Below, piece by piece: positions 59,563 through 64,000 of a DNA stretch of 64,000 nt. The translations under genes were made by a program, and so were the position numbers. The notes beneath the pieces are model-generated. The model made no database searches and had not been told where the DNA came from. It saw only the letters and a list, made by a program, of their open reading frames with translations. Numbering within the stretch: the stretch's first letter is position 1; every line of letters starts with the position of its first letter. This stretch comes from a virus: IMG/VR virus record IMGVR_UViG_3300044846_003008; one strand, 5' to 3'.

Positions 59563-60627
59563 TTAAAGAGATGCACAAGGTACATTGTTAAATAATTGAC
59601 AAACTGACGATTCTAAAAATGAGGTAATTTCTTCATTTGAAAATGTTGGTGATAACCCGTTATATCTTGAAAGTAGTACTAAACCTAAGTAAATACTATG
59701 TCCTGTAACTATCACAGAATTCGTCATTAATTGCGGATTATCAGTATTTCGATTATCATCAACCCCTCTAATATCTGACCCCCATAATGTGCTAGTTACG
59801 GTAAACCACACATAAACAATACTTGGTGTTTCAGGCGAGTGGTTAGTGTAACTATACCAATTACCATTAATATCACCACAAGTGTAAGTTCCGTTATCTA
59901 ATTCTTCAGTTCTATCACCACTACCCGGAGCTCCAAAAGCACCGATACCGATAGTGTCTACAGTACTACCAAATCTGGTCATAGTTAACTGAGGCCAAAC
60001 GTTTTGTTTGGTAACAAAATAATAAGAACCAATTGTTCCGTAAGTGATTGGAATTGGACTATCAATCAATATTCTATTACCATTATCGAACATATCAAAT
60101 CCACCGTCTTGGATGTAATTAGTTGAAGGTATAAAGTTATATAGGTATTCAAACGTCATTGCAGAATACGGGACATATGAATTTAATTTCCACCAATTAG
60201 ACATTTGGGTTAAACAAGATACGGGAGTAACACTTGGGGTAAGTGTTGGGGTAGGTGTGTTAGTTGGTGTTGTCGTTGGTGTATTTGTTGGTGTTGGGGT
60301 AGGTGTTATTAAACAAGGGTTAGGTGTTATTGTTGGTGTATTTGTTGGTGTTGGGGTTGGCGTGTTAGTTGGTGTTGTGGTTAATGTTGGTGTTGGTGTC
60401 GGTGTCGGTCTTTGAACATTTAAAAAATTAGGACAATCCGAACCTGACACTAATATAGTGTAGGACCCGTAAACATCACGAGGTGGGGTTAAGATTGATG
60501 GGTCGAACGTGTAAGGTAAAATAACTTCACCTAAATTTATGGTTGTATTAACATTGTCAGGTTTAAACAAAACATTTGCTTGTTCTCCATCGTAATTTAT
60601 ACTTGATATTATAATTGATTTACTCAT
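59563..60627 (-). CDS. Virion-associated protein with a Thr/Pro repeat linker
   Basis: N-terminal beta domain, about 65 aa of PTPTPT/TNTP repeats, globular C-terminal domain. Confidence 0.75.
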   Translation of the reverse strand: MSKSIIISSINYDGEQANVLFKPDNVNTTINLGEVILPYTFDPSILTPPRDVYGSYTILVSGSDCPNFLNVQRPTPTPTPTLTTTPTNTPTPTPTNTPTITPNPCLITPTPTPTNTPTTTPTNTPTPTLTPSVTPVSCLTQMSNWWKLNSYVPYSAMTFEYLYNFIPSTNYIQDGGFDMFDNGNRILIDSPIPITYGTIGSYYFVTKQNVWPQLTMTRFGSTVDTIGIGAFGAPGSGDRTEELDNGTYTCGDINGNWYSYTNHSPETPSIVYVWFTVTSTLWGSDIRGVDDNRNTDNPQLMTNSVIVTGHSIYLGLVLLSRYNGLSPTFSNEEITSFLESSVCQLFNNVPCASL

Positions 60628-60631
60628 CTTA

Positions 60632-63565
60632 TTAAAAATTATTTTCCACGGCTAAACAAATTTCGCCATTCATTGATATTAGTCGAGACATATCACTAAA
60701 TGAAATGTATACGTGACCTTGTTTACCCCAATTTTGTCCCCAACTATTTTTAATTCTAAATAATTGTCTTGTTTTATCAACACCGTTAATTACGTATGCG
60801 TGACCACCAACAATACCACCTGTTGCTCTAATTAAACCATTCTTATCTGGATAGAACATTCCTGAGAACCAATATGTCCCAACAACTACGGGGCCTAAAT
60901 TAAACACGGTATTTATTAATGTATTAACATCGTAACCCCAATAATATGATTTAATTGCGTTTATTGATTTTAAATATTTAGCACCCGCTCTAACTGATGT
61001 TCCGTTATAATTTTCTCCCGGCCATTCATCTATTTTTTGGGACTCACTATAAATTAATTGAGGGTTAATGATTGGGGGAATTCCTCCGTGTTCCACAGGA
61101 CCGTCTTCAATCCAATGAGACCAAGCATAACCAACACATTGTGGTGTTGACCCTTGATTACCCCACCATCCGTCAGGATTCCAATACTTACTAAGATTCT
61201 GAGGTGTTGGGGTTGGTGTTGGGGTTCGAGTTGGGGTTCGAGTTGGTGTTGGTGTTGGTCGTTTTGATGAACTTGGGGTCGGTATAGGTCGTCTTGTTTT
61301 ACTTGGTGTTGGCGTTCTTCTATATCTAGTAACAACAGGTCGATTAACGACACTCATTAAATAATCGTAATTGTTGTTTATTAGATAATTTTTATCTCTG
61401 TCGTCAGGAATATATAAACGACCTAATAAATTTGCGTCAGGTTTTATTTCTATTGGAATCTCCGGAAGATTACCATCAATAATTTCATAAGTGAAATCAT
61501 CAATTTTACAAACATCGGTTGAACAATCAGGACAATCAGGGTTAAACATTCTAAATGTGTTTTTTAACACATTAAAATTATGTTTAACTTCAGGAGCAGA
61601 CATTGGGGTAACATACATTCTAAATTGTGATACACCACCTTCAAATGTTCCTGCGAAATATTTGTCAAGAATTATATTAGTATTTAACTGACTAAATGTT
61701 GTTCCGCTTAAATTAAAATCCGATAAACATTCAGGGTCTTGAATATATGGTCCATTAGGTAACGTTGTTGATGAGAAAATTAAATGTTCTCTTAACCCTT
61801 GTGTACCACCACCCCAAGAAATATTGAATGGGACTCCGACTTGTTTTTCTTTATCGGTATTTAACCCTCTTGGTATTATTTCTTCGAAGTCTTCTATAGT
61901 GTGAAAAATCTTACCATTAACATAAAGTTTTAATCGACCTTTTCGATATGCTTTTTCGATTAACCATTTTTCATTTAAATTAACTAAATCAATTTGTTCT
62001 GCCGGTGTGGAACCTGTGTGGGTGTATTCAACGTTTACTAAAGAAATTGAGTTATTCGATAGTGATTGTAAATACGATTTTGTGGTTATTTCACCTAAAC
62101 CACCTTTATAGTACAAATCACAATAATCAAACCAAGTATAACGTTCCCAAACCGCATTTAATTGGAACCAATGTTCTTCTTCTAACCACGCAGGGTTTTC
62201 AGTTTGACATCTAGGGTATATCGGGTCGGTGCAATAATTATCAATAGTAAATCCTGTAACATAAGTTGTACCTGTTTCCGAGCAAGAAGATAAGATATCG
62301 TCAGGAGAAACCTGACTATTATCTAATAATGAAACGGTTACACAATTACCGGTAATTCTTAAAACTCTAACACCGATTTGTGGGTTTTTAGGGTCCCCAC
62401 ATAATTTAAATGACAATGCGTTTGACATTGAATCAAATAATGGGTCAGTCTCACAAGTATTCTCAACTGATGAGGTATACCCCGTACCACATATGTGTTT
62501 TTGGCATTCCCAACCACAAGTATCGTATTCGGTTGGGGTACAACCACAACTCGTACATCCTGTAATAATAGTTGAACCTGTTGTTGGTGTACTACATCCG
62601 CAGATATCGCAACCATAATTAACGTGAGAATCGTGAATATTATTAAATGACCTTGGAGGGTAAACATACACACAACGACTATTGGTAACCCCCGTGTTAC
62701 AACAAGCACAAGTTTCTAATTTATTTTGTAATTCGCTCGTAACTCTAGTATAACCCGTTAATGAAATTGGGGAACCATCGGCGTGGTGGTAGAATTTATT
62801 TTCAGCTCTACTACCTATATAAAAAAATGTGTTTTTATTTTCAGGGTAAAGTACATTTAATGTTGTTTCGTCAGAATCGGGAAAATATTCGTCAACTAAT
62901 CTTGGTTTTAGTAACATTTCAACCGACCAACCTTTATTCATTCGTTCAGGAAATATTTCGTAATCATAACCAAATAGTTTGTAAAAACCTTGGTAAAAAC
63001 CACCATATAATTCGTGGTATCGACCTTCATAAGGACTATATTTACTAACAACTTCATATAATATGGTTTTATCAAAACCTGAGAAACTGATGTTTGGGGT
63101 GCTAGTGTGACCTGTCACTTGAAACATCTTTAATCGTCTATCAAAATATAAACGATTGAACTTTAATGAATCGTCGAATAATCCATTAGTGAATGTAATG
63201 GTTTGACCTGTTAATGAATCAACAAGTCCGTTATCCATACCTGTTAGTCCGATATCACACGATGTTGACCCTGAGTAACAAGACAAATCTTCATTATCTT
63301 TATTGTAATAATTTAATGAAACGATAACGTTATCTTCGTTGTATTCTTTGTAATTTAATATTTGATTTTGAACTGATAAGGTATTATTAATATCTAATGA
63401 AAATGGTAATCTATTACCATATGTTTGGGCAATTAAATAAGGTGAAAATACCACTTCTTCATTATAATCCCTTTCGTCATTAGACAAAGACATATCTTGG
63501 GAATCTAAATTCAATTTAATCCCCCAATTTGGTTTACCGTATTGATTAATATTTTGACCTGACAT
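60632..63565 (-). CDS. Cys-rich LamG-like structural protein fused via a PT linker to a papain-family (C1A) cysteine peptidase
   Basis: LamG-like pieces 'WSVEMLLK', 'KLYVNGK', 'FEGGVSQFRMY'. C-terminal 'NQGSTPQCVGYA' (Gln/Cys), 'GGHAYVING' (His), 'IKNSWG..WG..GH' (Asn). Confidence 0.85.
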   Translation of the reverse strand: MSGQNINQYGKPNWGIKLNLDSQDMSLSNDERDYNEEVVFSPYLIAQTYGNRLPFSLDINNTLSVQNQILNYKEYNEDNVIVSLNYYNKDNEDLSCYSGSTSCDIGLTGMDNGLVDSLTGQTITFTNGLFDDSLKFNRLYFDRRLKMFQVTGHTSTPNISFSGFDKTILYEVVSKYSPYEGRYHELYGGFYQGFYKLFGYDYEIFPERMNKGWSVEMLLKPRLVDEYFPDSDETTLNVLYPENKNTFFYIGSRAENKFYHHADGSPISLTGYTRVTSELQNKLETCACCNTGVTNSRCVYVYPPRSFNNIHDSHVNYGCDICGCSTPTTGSTIITGCTSCGCTPTEYDTCGWECQKHICGTGYTSSVENTCETDPLFDSMSNALSFKLCGDPKNPQIGVRVLRITGNCVTVSLLDNSQVSPDDILSSCSETGTTYVTGFTIDNYCTDPIYPRCQTENPAWLEEEHWFQLNAVWERYTWFDYCDLYYKGGLGEITTKSYLQSLSNNSISLVNVEYTHTGSTPAEQIDLVNLNEKWLIEKAYRKGRLKLYVNGKIFHTIEDFEEIIPRGLNTDKEKQVGVPFNISWGGGTQGLREHLIFSSTTLPNGPYIQDPECLSDFNLSGTTFSQLNTNIILDKYFAGTFEGGVSQFRMYVTPMSAPEVKHNFNVLKNTFRMFNPDCPDCSTDVCKIDDFTYEIIDGNLPEIPIEIKPDANLLGRLYIPDDRDKNYLINNNYDYLMSVVNRPVVTRYRRTPTPSKTRRPIPTPSSSKRPTPTPTRTPTRTPTPTPTPQNLSKYWNPDGWWGNQGSTPQCVGYAWSHWIEDGPVEHGGIPPIINPQLIYSESQKIDEWPGENYNGTSVRAGAKYLKSINAIKSYYWGYDVNTLINTVFNLGPVVVGTYWFSGMFYPDKNGLIRATGGIVGGHAYVINGVDKTRQLFRIKNSWGQNWGKQGHVYISFSDMSRLISMNGEICLAVENNF

Positions 63566-63575
63566 CTTTTTTACG

Positions 63576-63602
63576 ATAAATACTTTAAAACGAAGTATTT
63601 AT
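63576..63602. promoter_or_regulatory. Back-to-back TATTTAT motifs forming an inverted repeat between divergent genes
   Basis: ATAAATACTT-N7-AAGTATTTAT. Each arm lies 10-14 nt upstream of an ATG (63565 minus, 63617 plus). Confidence 0.7.
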
Positions 63603-63616
63603 TAATAAAAAAGAAG

Positions 63617-64000
63617 ATGATTTCATATAATACAGAATATTTTGGTAATAATTGTTACTTCTATTTGAGAGACAGAGGTGATAAAATATCCTTATACTAC
63701 TCAGTAGGTGAGACTTTAAATGAATCTCGTAAAAATGATGAGAGGGAAGATTTCGACAAATCTAATTCGAAAAATGTTAAGTCAATTATTCAAAAAGTAT
63801 TAAATAGTAAAAAGAAAATGTCTAAAGAGCAAATTAAAAAAATGCTCAAAACAAAAAAATCTGAAGAACTTGATGAGTTAGTTGATTCTGACGGGACGAT
63901 GTTAAGTTCTCGTGTACCATTTTTAGACCAAACAATGCACCCACATAAAACTATGGACCAAACGGTTGCTATGTCAAGACAAGCGGGAAATCCAATTACT
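63617..64000 (+). CDS. Hypothetical protein, partial (runs off the right end)
   Basis: Not in the ORF track. MISYNTEYFGNNCYFYLRDRGDKISLYYSVGETLNESRK...ELDELVDSDGTMLSS..., open to 64000. Confidence 0.75.
   Translation, partial: MISYNTEYFGNNCYFYLRDRGDKISLYYSVGETLNESRKNDEREDFDKSNSKNVKSIIQKVLNSKKKMSKEQIKKMLKTKKSEELDELVDSDGTMLSSRVPFLDQTMHPHKTMDQTVAMSRQAGNPIT

Noticed and set aside
1-64000. Alternative genetic code (TAG or TGA recoding), as in some large phages
   Set aside because: Conserved genes are full length in the standard code, and TGA and TAG both act as stops at expected gene ends.
1-64000. tRNA, rRNA or other structured RNA genes
   Set aside because: Intergenic gaps are short and AT-rich, and no cloverleaf or T-loop motifs were seen by eye. 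tRNAscan-SE or Infernal would be needed to exclude them fully.

Overview
This AT-rich 64 kb window is a segment of a large T4-like (contractile-tailed) bacteriophage genome in the standard genetic code, mostly coded on the minus strand. It holds baseplate wedge genes, a replication block (nrdA, nrdB, DnaB-like helicase, 5'-3' exonuclease, RecA/UvsX, gp32-like SSB), and a tail module (hub, LysM-like wedge, tube initiator with an OmpA-like insert, tape measure, chaperone, tube, sheath, terminator, neck). It also holds a SNF2 helicase, a superoxide dismutase fusion and a family B DNA polymerase. The most striking region is 43.7-63.6 kb. A seven-gene glycan-modification operon (GT60-like GlcNAc transferase, GT25, two PLOD-type GT domains, HtrL/YibB+GT2 fusion, two SAM methyltransferases) lies between genes for Thr/Pro-repeat proteins, including a 2838-aa mucin-like protein. 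This suggests a phage-encoded mucin-type O-glycosylation system that builds a glycan coat on the virion. Other signals are a probable +1 programmed frameshift (UUU_UUU_CGU_C) in the tail chaperone gene, a TATTTAT motif before most structural genes versus sigma70-type promoters before replication genes, and no Shine-Dalgarno sites. All family assignments come from motif recognition by eye; no database searches were run.
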